A stretch of 64,000 bases of DNA. Source: an uncultured Chloroflexia bacterium. GTDB taxonomy: Bacteria; Chloroflexota; Limnocylindria; QHBO01. The notes beneath the pieces were generated by a model. That model was not told the origin of the DNA and ran no database searches. It worked only from the letters and a program-made list of their open reading frames with translations. Within the stretch, counting starts at the first letter, position 1. The number at the start of each line of letters is the position of its first letter. The stretch is from assembly GCA_963814375.1 (NCBI GenBank), contig CAWFCQ010000005.1, forward strand, positions 1 to 64,000, given 5' to 3'. The position numbers and the translations under genes were made by a program. Positions 25,483 to 34,599 of this stretch are shown piece by piece.

Positions 25483-25752
25483 AGCAGTTTCCCTCCGCTT
25501 CTTACACGTCACGCGACGTTGACCGGCTGACGGTCATGTCTCGCTGCGCGCCGGCGCGGCGGTCATAGCGCCCCTGGGCCTTTTGTCTCTTTCGCCGGAA
25601 GTGTGCGCAACGCGACGATTGTCAGCGTGACGGAGGGTGAACCACCAGAGTCGGTACACACCTTGCTCGGCGGCGAGGGCACCACGACCTCGGCGGCATC
25701 CGCCGGGGGCGGAGGTGTCAAGCGCGCGCTCCATCGGTACGGAGGGAGTCGC

Positions 25753-26778
25753 ATGAAGCGCTCCGTCATCATCGTCGTCGCCTCCCTGGTCACCACGCTC
25801 GGGATCTGGTGGGCGCCGCAGCTTCTCACTGCGCTCCGCGACCGCTCGAATGCCGCGCGCCCAGCGGTCGCGTACCTCGGCAGCGCCGCCAAGCTCGAGG
25901 CCGGCTATCGACAGTGGAAGAGCAGCCACGAAGCCAGCGGCGGCGACCGCAACGTGAGCCTCGCGCTCCGCTGGTCCCGCGGCCTGTCGACGGAGTACTC
26001 GAAGGCGACCGGGCAGGCACACCTCGATCTGATCGAGGGCCGCGTTCGCGTCGAGGTCCAGGGGCTGGAGGGCCCGGGCTGGGAGGTCTGGCTCGTCGAC
26101 AATGAGCCCGGGCTCGGACGCAGCGTGGCGCCCGAGCCCGGCGACCGCCTCATCCGGGTCGGAACGCTGCAGCGGCAGGGCGAGGCGGCGCGGCTCGACT
26201 CTCGGCTCGGCGTACGCGCGCTGGACGCGTTCGAGCTCGATCTCGTCGTCGTCGCACGGCCCGGTAACGAGCTCGGCGAGCGCGGCGTGCTGTTCGGGGC
26301 GCCCGGGCTCTATCAGCGCCTCTACACGCGCGCGCGAACCGGATACCCGGCGGTCGCGCAGGCGGCCCTGCCGCGCCTCTTCGCCTGGATGAACCCGGTT
26401 GCCCACGCGGCGGCCACGGTGGCGTCGCTCGATCCGCTCGTGGTGAAGGGCGCCGATCTCTTCTTCAACGAGACGTTCAGGGGCAACGGCCGGACCTGCG
26501 GCACCTGTCATCCGGCGGAGAACAACTTCACCATCGATCCCAAGTTCATCGCCACGCTGCCCCCGACCGATCCGCTCTTCGTCGCCGAGTTCGTGCCGGC
26601 GCTGAAGCGGCACTTCGAGAATCCCAGGCTCATGCGCCAGTTCGGGCTGATCCAGGAGAACCTCGACGGCTTCGACGACCTCGCCAACAAGTTCGTCATG
26701 CGCAGCGTGCCCCACATCTTCGCGCTCAACATGACGATGGCGCCGGCCAAGGAAGGCACCGAGAGGCAGCCGGTGCAT
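25753..26778 (+). CDS. Exported c-type cytochrome (peroxidase/MauG-like region), 3' truncated at junction
   Basis: N-terminal hydrophobic anchor; GADLFFNETFRGNGRTCGTCH (CxxCH); ORF runs into unrelated sequence. Confidence 0.7.
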
Positions 26779-26779
26779 A

Positions 26780-27656
26780 TCGTGCGCTAATGCTGCTCCA
26801 TGTCGACGGAGGTCGGATCGATGAAGCCCGCAGCTTCACCGAGCTGGCTATCAAGCAGGCCACGCTGAGTGGTGATGGTCACCTCTTGGCGCAGGTGAGA
26901 GCTGGCCAGGCAGGGCAGTGGGCCTACGGCCCCTTGGAGGCCGATCGCGCCATCGCGGCGATCGAGCCGCTGGCCGAGGAAGCCCGCAGCGGGCTAGCCC
27001 AATCGAGGGCCCTGTACCAGCTCGTCGAGCTGTACGCACTGACGGGGCAGTTCGATGCGGCTCGTGCAGCTGCTGCGCGGTCTCGGTCGATCGCACTCGA
27101 CATGGGTATGCCCCTGGAGGCCGCTGCTACCTCCGTGGCCGCCGGACCCATGGAGCGCTTGGCCGGCAACGCGGAGGCCGCCGAGGCGGAGCTGCGTGCC
27201 GACTACGAGACGCTTCGGCGCTCCGGCGATCGGTACTGGGCACCTACCGTCGCCGCATTCCTCGCCCACGTGCTCTGTGATCGCGGGGCCACCGACGAAG
27301 CAATGGCGTTAAGTGTGGAAGCTCAGCGCACCGCGGTTGAGGATGACTATCTGTCGCAGGTGCTGTGGCGCAGCGCGAGAGCTCGTGCTCTTGTCGCGAC
27401 GGATCCAGACGCAGCATTGACCCTCGCCGAGGATGCGGTGGATCGTGCTGCCAGCACGGATGCACTTGTCGATCACGGCAACGCTCTCCTGGACCTTGGC
27501 GAGGTTCTCCAGGGAGTTGGGCGCCGCAACGACGCCCTGGACGCCACCGACAAGGCGATCGTGCTGTTCCAGGCAAAGGGTGCGACGGCTTACGTGGGTC
27601 TCGCCGAGAAGCGGCGTCACCAGCTCATTGATGAACCCGGCCACTCTGGGGCCTGA
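26780..27656 (+). CDS. C-terminal TPR-like region of a large AAA-ATPase/adenylate cyclase-type protein, 5' truncated
   Basis: Ala-rich helical repeats ending AIVLFQAKGA, typical of cyclase-AAA-TPR proteins; no convincing start. Confidence 0.65.
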
Positions 27657-27825
27657 CGGGCACCAGCGCTGGGCACGACCTGGGGGTCAAACAGCGCGGC
27701 CGCTTCGCTTACACCGCGTCCTTATCGATGATCGGCCAGCAACGCTATCGCTCACGGAGGCGATCCGGTTTTCACTGCACTCGTGCGCCCGCAACGACAG
27801 GAACAACCGTAAGCTGCGCTCTGCA

Positions 27826-27957
27826 AAGACAGCAGATAACTCGATGCTCAACGCTCCCCCATCCACGCTCGGGCTACAGCGCTAGCGCCCAGATAGTCCG
27901 AAGTCAGCTGCTCTGATCCACTGAGCTACGGGCGCCGATTCACGCTCAAACAGAGCG
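27826..27957 (-). repeat. Composite repeat copy 1: ~70-bp arm + 5' half tRNA-Arg(UCG) (27897-27935) + CGCTC-N5-GAGCG
   Basis: Minus strand GCGCCCGTAGCTCAGTGGATCAGAGCAGCTGACTTCGGA = acceptor 5' strand, D arm, anticodon 5' strand and loop; identical in copies 2 and 4. Confidence 0.93.
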
Positions 27958-28014
27958 TATGACTCGGCCGCCATTGTCCCACAGCGTGAGCAGTCGACGG
28001 CATATTGGGACACA

Positions 28015-29232
28015 TCAGGGGCTTATGACGCCGCGCTGAATCACCCTACTGGGTTCGATGTCTGCACTGAACACCACGATCTCGTCGTCCATGGCTGCGG
28101 CCGTCACGAACCTGCCGTCTAACGACCCGGCGTCGGTCCATGTGATCCCGTCTCGGGTTGTCCATGTGCTCCGGTCGCCGAACGCAACGAGACCGCCCGG
28201 CACCACCACGAGGTCGGCGTTGCCTATTCCCGCGGCACCCAACGGCTCCTGGGCGGCCGTCCATGTCAGACCGTCCGGCGAGGTGAAGGCCAGCGTGGTG
28301 CCGTCGGAGGCCGGCCCTGGGTATTCAGTCCCGAGCGCCGCAAAGCCGCCGGCCGGTAGCGGAGCAACGGCCACGAAGATGAGACCGCGCTCGGCGTCAC
28401 CGGGCGCCGACTCCTCCCATGCCCTCCCGTCGCTCGACACCCACGACGTGGCGGTCGGCGGCTCACGAAACTCGGGATCGCCGCGGAAGCCGACCGCGAC
28501 GAAGCGGTCACCCGACCAGACAACGTCGTGAGGTTCGATACGTGACAGCGAGTCACTGGAAGCGCCCGGCGTCGTCTCGACCCAGCTCGTTGACTCCGTC
28601 CATGTCCACAGCCGCCCGGCGGGCGTTGCGAACTGAGTCTCGACGGCCACAAGTGTCTGATCCCCCGTCGCAACCTCGCGCACCAAGTATCCGGACCGGT
28701 ACAGTGGGCTGGCCGACTCGATCCACTCCCAGCTCGCGCCGTCGGGCGATCGCCAGCCGTATACGCCGCGACCGTCGCAACAGCCGATGAATGTGCCGAA
28801 CGAGAGAAGGCTATCGCCGAGCCGCGTCATCGGTCCGAGAACGGGGCCGGTAAAGGTCTCCTCGGGCTGCTGGTTCTCGACATCGGACCGCACCCAGGTC
28901 TTTGCGTCGGTCGCGGTCCACGCCGCGGGGCCATCGCCTTCTACCACCCCGCCCGCGATCCACGTGTCCCCGTCTGCGTAGACATTGGTCACCGAGCCGT
29001 CGAACGGTTCGGACGGCTCCCAGGCAATCGTGAGCGGACCAGCAGGGTCGGATGGCTCGGGAGGCGCCTTCGAAGCGTCCGGGGAGGGAAATGGCACAAT
29101 GGAGTCGGCACTTGCCGCGGTCGATGGCGGTGCCACGGAGGGCGGCCGGACGGAGGTCGAGACATCCGCGCTGCAGGCAGCCATTGCGATTGTCATGGCC
29201 GCAAGCGGCGTAAGGGCTCGGGCATTGGTCAT
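28015..29232 (-). CDS. Secreted lipoprotein with BNR/beta-propeller-like repeats
   Basis: Lipobox MAAC, Pro/Ser linker, repeated W-x-S-x-D-G-x-x-W motifs. Confidence 0.8.
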   Translation of the reverse strand: MTNARALTPLAAMTIAMAACSADVSTSVRPPSVAPPSTAASADSIVPFPSPDASKAPPEPSDPAGPLTIAWEPSEPFDGSVTNVYADGDTWIAGGVVEGDGPAAWTATDAKTWVRSDVENQQPEETFTGPVLGPMTRLGDSLLSFGTFIGCCDGRGVYGWRSPDGASWEWIESASPLYRSGYLVREVATGDQTLVAVETQFATPAGRLWTWTESTSWVETTPGASSDSLSRIEPHDVVWSGDRFVAVGFRGDPEFREPPTATSWVSSDGRAWEESAPGDAERGLIFVAVAPLPAGGFAALGTEYPGPASDGTTLAFTSPDGLTWTAAQEPLGAAGIGNADLVVVPGGLVAFGDRSTWTTRDGITWTDAGSLDGRFVTAAAMDDEIVVFSADIEPSRVIQRGVISP

Positions 29233-29299
29233 GCCACGCACTTTGGAGCCTCACCCCTACGGTAGGACTACGGGGAAACGATCGGTTGAGCGCGAAACG

Positions 29300-29434
29300 A
29301 AGACAGCAGACAACTCGACCGATTACGCTCCCCCACCCACGCTTGCGCTACAGCGCATCGGCCGGGCTAGTCCGAAGTCAGCTGCTCTGATCCACTGAGC
29401 TACGGGCGCCCGCGCCTGCCGCTCAAGCGGAGCG
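29300..29434 (-). repeat. Composite repeat copy 2: arm + 5' half tRNA-Arg(UCG) (29371-29409) + palindrome
   Basis: Same 39-nt tRNA half; arm AAGACAGCAGACAACTCG..TACGCTC..CACGCT..ACAGCGC; CGCTC-AAGCG-GAGCG at 29420-29434. Confidence 0.93.
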
Positions 29435-29567
29435 GAGTGGTGGAGATCGTACCCTGCCAGCGAGTGTCTCTGCGAGAGAATCGCCTCGCCGCAGTCGGGC
29501 CGCAGAGCCTGCGGTATAGGCTGGGCTAGTGACTTGGCGAGAGACTGCCCACCAGCGCGCCGGAGCA

Positions 29568-30857
29568 ATGGTTGGCGCGGCGTTTGTGTTGGCGGTCAGC
29601 GCATGCACTGCCGCGTCTCCCCAGGCAACTGCATTCCCCTCTTCCGCGCCGAAGAATCCAACGCCGACCAGTTTTGCCGTTTCGGGCACTCCAACGCCGA
29701 CCGCGTCTCCGGCGCCAACCGCGTCTCCGGCGCCGAGCCCAACCAGCCCGCCCATAACCTCGAGCAGCGCCTCGTTCAACCTCCTGCCCGTCCAGCAGCC
29801 GACGGACTTTGTATCGACAATCACCTGCAGTGGTTCGATCGGCGCGTCGGACCCGGTCGCGATCGTCCAGTTGCAGGCGGCGGTCGAAGGTACCGGCAAC
29901 ATCGTTCTGCGTGACTACGCTGACCCCGCCAGCCCAAGTACCGCGTGTACGTTCGGCCAAATCCGGCCCGTGCAGCTCATCGATGCCCGCCACGTGGTGA
30001 TCGGCGGCTTTTCCGGAGCGGTTGAAAGCGCGCACACGTACGCCGTAGTCGACCTCCCGGAGGTGCGCTTCCACTGGTTCCAGCTGCCCTTCGAGCCAGA
30101 GCCGGGAGGAGGGGGTCCCAGCCTCATCGCCGTCTCACCGGGGCTCGATCAGGTCCTCTGGCTTACGACGCACGCCGTATCTGAGACGGAGGCCACAGAC
30201 AACGTACACATCACTACGAGTGCCGGAGATCGCGTCGTCGCATCTGTGCCACGCCCGAACGGCGGCCGTTGCGGCTCACCGGACGACTCGAAGCAGGGCG
30301 CCTACACGCACTCGGGAGCCCACCTCTTCGTGCTCGACCAGCCGATCCCACAGCGCAACAGCCTCTTCGTATTCGAGGGGGAATCACAGGTGCTGTCGGT
30401 CCTTCCACCGGATGGTGGGTGGCCCCAAGGCGCGCACCCCGCAATGGCGGTCTGGTCGCCAAGCTCGGAAACGCTCTACTACCGCCAGGGCAACGACATC
30501 TGGAGGTGGACGGCCGGCTCGAACCCAGAGCGGTACCTCCCGGGCGTCAGCTGGTACAACCCGACGATCACGCCCGACGGAACTCGCTTGGCCTATTCAG
30601 TGGGGCGTTCGGATGGCCTGCACGATGTCTATCTCGTCGACCTGGCTCATGATGGCCGCCCTCAGCTGGTCGGGGAGGGCCGCAACCTGCCCGTGTTCCT
30701 GAATTCGACGCAGCTCTGGTACATGTCTGAAGGCCAGGGCATCTGTGGCCCCGGCGTTGATGAGCCCCTCATCTACAGCCTCAGTGACTCATCCGAGTCG
30801 CCCAGCGTTATCTACCGAGTCCACGGAGTCTGGCCAGCTACGAGCTCCAACAACTGA
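29568..30857 (+). CDS. Secreted lipoprotein with TolB/WD40-like C-terminal repeats
   Basis: Lipobox VSAC, PT/ASP linker, WSPSSETLYY and ITPDGTRLAY motifs. Confidence 0.78.
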   Translation: MVGAAFVLAVSACTAASPQATAFPSSAPKNPTPTSFAVSGTPTPTASPAPTASPAPSPTSPPITSSSASFNLLPVQQPTDFVSTITCSGSIGASDPVAIVQLQAAVEGTGNIVLRDYADPASPSTACTFGQIRPVQLIDARHVVIGGFSGAVESAHTYAVVDLPEVRFHWFQLPFEPEPGGGGPSLIAVSPGLDQVLWLTTHAVSETEATDNVHITTSAGDRVVASVPRPNGGRCGSPDDSKQGAYTHSGAHLFVLDQPIPQRNSLFVFEGESQVLSVLPPDGGWPQGAHPAMAVWSPSSETLYYRQGNDIWRWTAGSNPERYLPGVSWYNPTITPDGTRLAYSVGRSDGLHDVYLVDLAHDGRPQLVGEGRNLPVFLNSTQLWYMSEGQGICGPGVDEPLIYSLSDSSESPSVIYRVHGVWPATSSNN

Positions 30858-30912
30858 TCTGAGCCCTGAGTGCCTCGATCGGCGTGCCTGCGGGAAACAA
30901 GCGAATGGGCTT

Positions 30913-31048
30913 CCGACAGCGGATAACTCGGCGCTCTTACGCTCACCATCCCTCGCTCGGGATACAGCGCATCGGCAGGGATTAAGAGGCGAACTGACTC
31001 AGGCGGACAGCGCCTGATCAACAGCCCCGACCACAGCGGTACGGCCGC
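30913..31048 (-). repeat. Composite repeat copy 3 (degenerate): arm clear, tRNA half absent or eroded
   Basis: GACAGCGGATAACTCG..TTACGCTC..TCGCTCGGGATACAGCGCATCGGC aligns with other arms; possible tRNA traces at 31008-31025 and 31040-31048. Confidence 0.78.
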
Positions 31049-31350
31049 TAACACCACGCGGTCCTTTCACAGGCGACGTTGGTCCGCTATACCGTGATCG
31101 CCCTCGGCGCGATGTCGCCGGCCGCGTGAGCCGAACATCCAAGGAGGATGGCATGTCGGATCATCCTAGGTCTGGCCATCGTGTGGTTAGGTGCGTGGAT
31201 GATGCGGACGACCGCGGCCGGCACCGCGGCTGGCGAGCAAGCCGGTGCACGATGAAGGCGGGATCGTCTCGCTGCTGACACCGCGTGCGTATGCTCGGCT
31301 GCGTTCGTTCGCACGCTCAATCTGAAGAGATAGAGCTAGAAGGGGAGGTC

Positions 31351-32181
31351 ATGTCGAAGACGCGGCGCTCCGATACGTCACTCCTCCGGCGCGTCACTGG
31401 TAGGTGGCCGGTCGCCACCTTCTCGGCGATCGTTCTCGGGTTGGCGGGCCTGGTCATGCTCGCCGGTCTCGATGCGGAAACGACTCCGTTCGCTTTGGTA
31501 TTGGTCATTCCGCTCAGCGCCATCCTCACCGCCGCGCTCGTCGGCGGACGCTCGATGGTCCGCGGCCTCTTCGCGCGCATTGTCAGATGGCGGGTACCGG
31601 CGCGCTGGTATCTCGCAGCCATCGGCATTCCGCTAGCGGCCGCGCTGATGATCGACTTGGCCGGCCTCGTCGCCGGCGAGGCAGATCTCGAGACCCTCGT
31701 AGGGGCACTCACACTCAACGCACTGCTGGTGCCGCTCGTCGTCTTCTTGCCGGCCCTGTTCGAGGAGTTCGCCTGGCGCGGCTTCGCGGTCGAGGTGATG
31801 GTCGAACGGGGCTCTGGATTCGCGAAAGCCGCCCTCGGCGTGGGCCTTGTGTTCACTGCCATCCACCTTCCGCTCTACCTCCCTGGGCAGCTCTTCGATC
31901 ATCTTCCGATTTGGCCGGGCGTCCTCTTCCTGCTTGGGGCGGGGGTGCTGCTGACCTGGATCTACCTCGGCAGCGGCCGCAGCTCGCTGCTCGCTGGAAT
32001 ATGCCATGCGGCGCTGAACGGGACCGTCCCGCTCCGTTGGGGTCTGGACGAGGTCTGGGAGTGGCAGGTGAGGGGCATCGTCATCGGGCTGATCGGAGTT
32101 GTCATTCTCGTGCTCGTCAGGAACGGGCCGGTTGGCCCGGCCGGACCGGCCAACTCGTACGACTCAGCATCTGCTGAGTGA
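31351..32181 (+). CDS. CPBP (CAAX/Abi) intramembrane metalloprotease
   Basis: EEFAWRG, FTAIH, HAALN motifs; GGGGAGG RBS. Confidence 0.9.
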   Translation: MSKTRRSDTSLLRRVTGRWPVATFSAIVLGLAGLVMLAGLDAETTPFALVLVIPLSAILTAALVGGRSMVRGLFARIVRWRVPARWYLAAIGIPLAAALMIDLAGLVAGEADLETLVGALTLNALLVPLVVFLPALFEEFAWRGFAVEVMVERGSGFAKAALGVGLVFTAIHLPLYLPGQLFDHLPIWPGVLFLLGAGVLLTWIYLGSGRSSLLAGICHAALNGTVPLRWGLDEVWEWQVRGIVIGLIGVVILVLVRNGPVGPAGPANSYDSASAE

Positions 32182-32207
32182 TCAACTCTCTCGGACGGGA
32201 GGATCAG

Positions 32208-32972
32208 ATGGGATCCGTGCTTCGCCGATGGCCACTCGCCAGCTATTTCATCCTTGCCTTCGCGTTCGCGTGGATCCTGATCCCGTTGGTCGCGAACGTC
32301 TCGGTGGCGTTTGCTCTCATCGCTCTCTTCGCGCCGGCGCTGGCGGCCATCGTTGTGACCGCTGCCCTCGATGGCTGGAGCGCGGCGCGTCGGCTGATGC
32401 GTGATGCTTTCCGGCCGCGCGGATCGCTGATCTGGTACGTGGTGGCGATCCTGCTCCCGTTCGTCCTGGCCGGCATCACGAACCTGGTGAGCCGGACGAT
32501 GGGCGCCACGCCTCCGCCGTTCGACGCCTCGGTGCTGCCCATCTCGATAGTGCTGGCCATGCTGGCCATCGGTGAGGAGCTCGGCTGGCGGGGGTTCGCC
32601 CTGCCGCGGCTCCAGGCAATTACCCATCCGCTCGTGGCCGCCATCGCGCTGGGGGTGATCTGGGCCGCGTGGCACCTCCCGAACGCCATGATCCCCGGCC
32701 TGGAGTATTACGTCACCGCCTTCCCCGTCTTCGCGGCGTATGTGGTGGCCATAACGGTGCTGTTCAGCTGGCTCTACAACAGCGCTCGGAACTCGATCCT
32801 CGTGGCGTGGGTCTTCCACGGCGCGATTAACACCGCTCTCGCCGTATTCGCCCTGGAGGACATCGTCGACCAGTTCACGCTCAATGCCCTCGTGTTCGGC
32901 GCCGCCGCCGCCGTTGTGGTGATCGCAACCCGCGGTTCGCTCGGACGGACCGGGAGCAGCGGAGTGACTTGA
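32208..32972 (+). CDS. CPBP (CAAX/Abi) intramembrane metalloprotease, paralog of upstream gene
   Basis: GEELGWRGFALPRL, WAAWHLP, HGAIN; GGGAGG RBS. Confidence 0.92.
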   Translation: MGSVLRRWPLASYFILAFAFAWILIPLVANVSVAFALIALFAPALAAIVVTAALDGWSAARRLMRDAFRPRGSLIWYVVAILLPFVLAGITNLVSRTMGATPPPFDASVLPISIVLAMLAIGEELGWRGFALPRLQAITHPLVAAIALGVIWAAWHLPNAMIPGLEYYVTAFPVFAAYVVAITVLFSWLYNSARNSILVAWVFHGAINTALAVFALEDIVDQFTLNALVFGAAAAVVVIATRGSLGRTGSSGVT

Positions 32973-33156
32973 GAGCCCGAGGCGCGGCGCACGCCAGCCC
33001 GCCGCGATTTCTAGGTAATCGCGCGAAAGGCAAACTCCGACACTGAAGCAGCCGCGAGCCCGGCCATACCCGCCTCGTGAGCTGGTAGGGAGGATCGGTG
33101 CTTGGGATAGCGGCGGCTTCCGTATGCTGCGCTGGGTCCGCCCGGTCTGCGTCCAC

Positions 33157-33287
33157 AAGAGAGCAGATAACTCGACCGTCTACGCTCCCCTCCACGCTCG
33201 GTGCCACAGCGCATCTGCCGAGATAGTCCGAAGTCAGCTGCTCTGATCCACTGAGCTACGGGCGCACGTTCACGCTCGGAGAGAGCG
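33157..33287 (-). repeat. Composite repeat copy 4: arm + 5' half tRNA-Arg(UCG) (33227-33265) + palindrome
   Basis: Same 39-nt tRNA half; CGCTC-GGAGA-GAGCG at 33273-33287. Confidence 0.93.
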
Positions 33288-33326
33288 GAAAAATCGATTC
33301 CGCATCAGCTACAGCTAGCGGAACCG

Positions 33327-34418
33327 TCAGTCGGTTGGGCCTTCCGGTGATCCCATAAGGTCCAGCGCGGTCACGGTCTCTTTGGCCATCTCCCTCACGA
33401 GCTCTGCGGCTGGCAGCCGGCGGGACAGGCGCACTCCTTGGCCCGCCCACAGGGACAGGTAGTCGGCACGATCCTGGGTTGCCGCGGCGGCCCGTGCCGG
33501 ACGAGTCAGCGCGTTCTGGAGCGGGAAGGGAAGGATCGCCTCGGCATCGGCGTCGATGCCGGCCATCAGATCGTTGACGATCCCGCGCGCAGGGCGTCCA
33601 GAAAACGCACGCGTGACCCTCGTCTGATCCTCGCGGGCGTCGACGATCGCTTGCTTGTATGACGCGGGGATCCCGGCCTCGTCGCAGGTGAGAAAGGCGG
33701 TGCCAAGCTGGGCGGCCTCGGCTCCGAGAGCCAATGCCGCTGCGATCCCTCTGCCGTCCATGATGCCGCCTGAGGCGATCACCGGGACGCTGACGGCGTC
33801 GACCACCTGAGGAATGAGTGCCATCGTCCCGATCATGGCGGCCTCGAAGCTCAGACCGAACGTACCGCGATGGGCACCGGCCTCGCTGCCTTGCGCCACG
33901 ATGGCGTCGACGCCGGCCGCCTCCAGGGCGCTCGCTTCGTCGACCGTCGTGGCCGTGCCGATGACGAAGAGGCCGCGCGCCTTGACCTCCTCGACCGCAC
34001 CCGGCGGGAGCAACCCGAAGGTGAAGCTGAAGACCGACGCTTCGGTCTCCAGGACCGCCTGGAGTTGATCAGCGAAGGCGAGATCGCTGGGTGCGGAAAG
34101 TGACGGCGGCGCGATGCCGAGCTCGGCATGGACGCCCTTCAGGACCTCGACCATACGCCCCGCGTCTCCGGATGAGTCGGGCATCGGCTGCGGCGCGAAG
34201 AGGTTGAGGCCGAACGGGCGATCGGTGCGCGTTCTGACTGCGGCCGCGGTCTCACGGATCGCGTCGGGGGATGAATAGGCGCAACCGAGAAAGCCCAGCG
34301 CTCCGGCGCGGCATACGGCCGTGACGAGGTCGACCGTAGTCGCGCCGCCCGCCATCGGAGCCTGAATAATGGGATGCTCGATGCCGAGACGTCGCACCAG
34401 CGCGGATTCACGCAGCAT
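33327..34418 (-). CDS. Nitronate monooxygenase family flavoprotein
   Basis: PIIQAPMAGG, QGSEAGAHRG, ASGGIMDGRG, TRAFSGRPARG, SLWAGQ. Confidence 0.93.
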   Translation of the reverse strand: MLRESALVRRLGIEHPIIQAPMAGGATTVDLVTAVCRAGALGFLGCAYSSPDAIRETAAAVRTRTDRPFGLNLFAPQPMPDSSGDAGRMVEVLKGVHAELGIAPPSLSAPSDLAFADQLQAVLETEASVFSFTFGLLPPGAVEEVKARGLFVIGTATTVDEASALEAAGVDAIVAQGSEAGAHRGTFGLSFEAAMIGTMALIPQVVDAVSVPVIASGGIMDGRGIAAALALGAEAAQLGTAFLTCDEAGIPASYKQAIVDAREDQTRVTRAFSGRPARGIVNDLMAGIDADAEAILPFPLQNALTRPARAAAATQDRADYLSLWAGQGVRLSRRLPAAELVREMAKETVTALDLMGSPEGPTD

Positions 34419-34599
34419 GACCGCTCCCCTTGTTGTTGCAGAAAGGCGTCGCCTACGCCCCTGTCAAGTTTCTCCCAGGCGACAAGGGAGCCGCCGCTAG
34501 TCCATTCGTGCCAGGAGGGCTTCGCAGCGGCTCCGGGCGACCGGCACAGGTGATGCGGTAGACGCCGGGTCGTCTGCAAACCCGAAAGGGAGTGCTCCT

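Noticed and set aside
22355-25568. 1055-aa and 660-aa liv fusion ORFs
   Set aside because: Mosaic of livH/M/G/F pieces joined by frameshifts
27897-27935. Intact tRNA-Arg genes or group I intron-containing tRNA
   Set aside because: No 3' anticodon stem, T arm or CCA follows any copy within the window. Conserved downstream sequence is only about 70 nt, too short for a group I intron.
27826-33287. CRISPR array, integron attC sites, or coding repeat (KTADNS... peptides)
   Set aside because: Spacers are kilobases long and contain genes, and no cas genes are present. The repeats lack the RYYYAAC/GTTRRRY long palindrome of attC. Reading frames through the arm are not conserved between copies.
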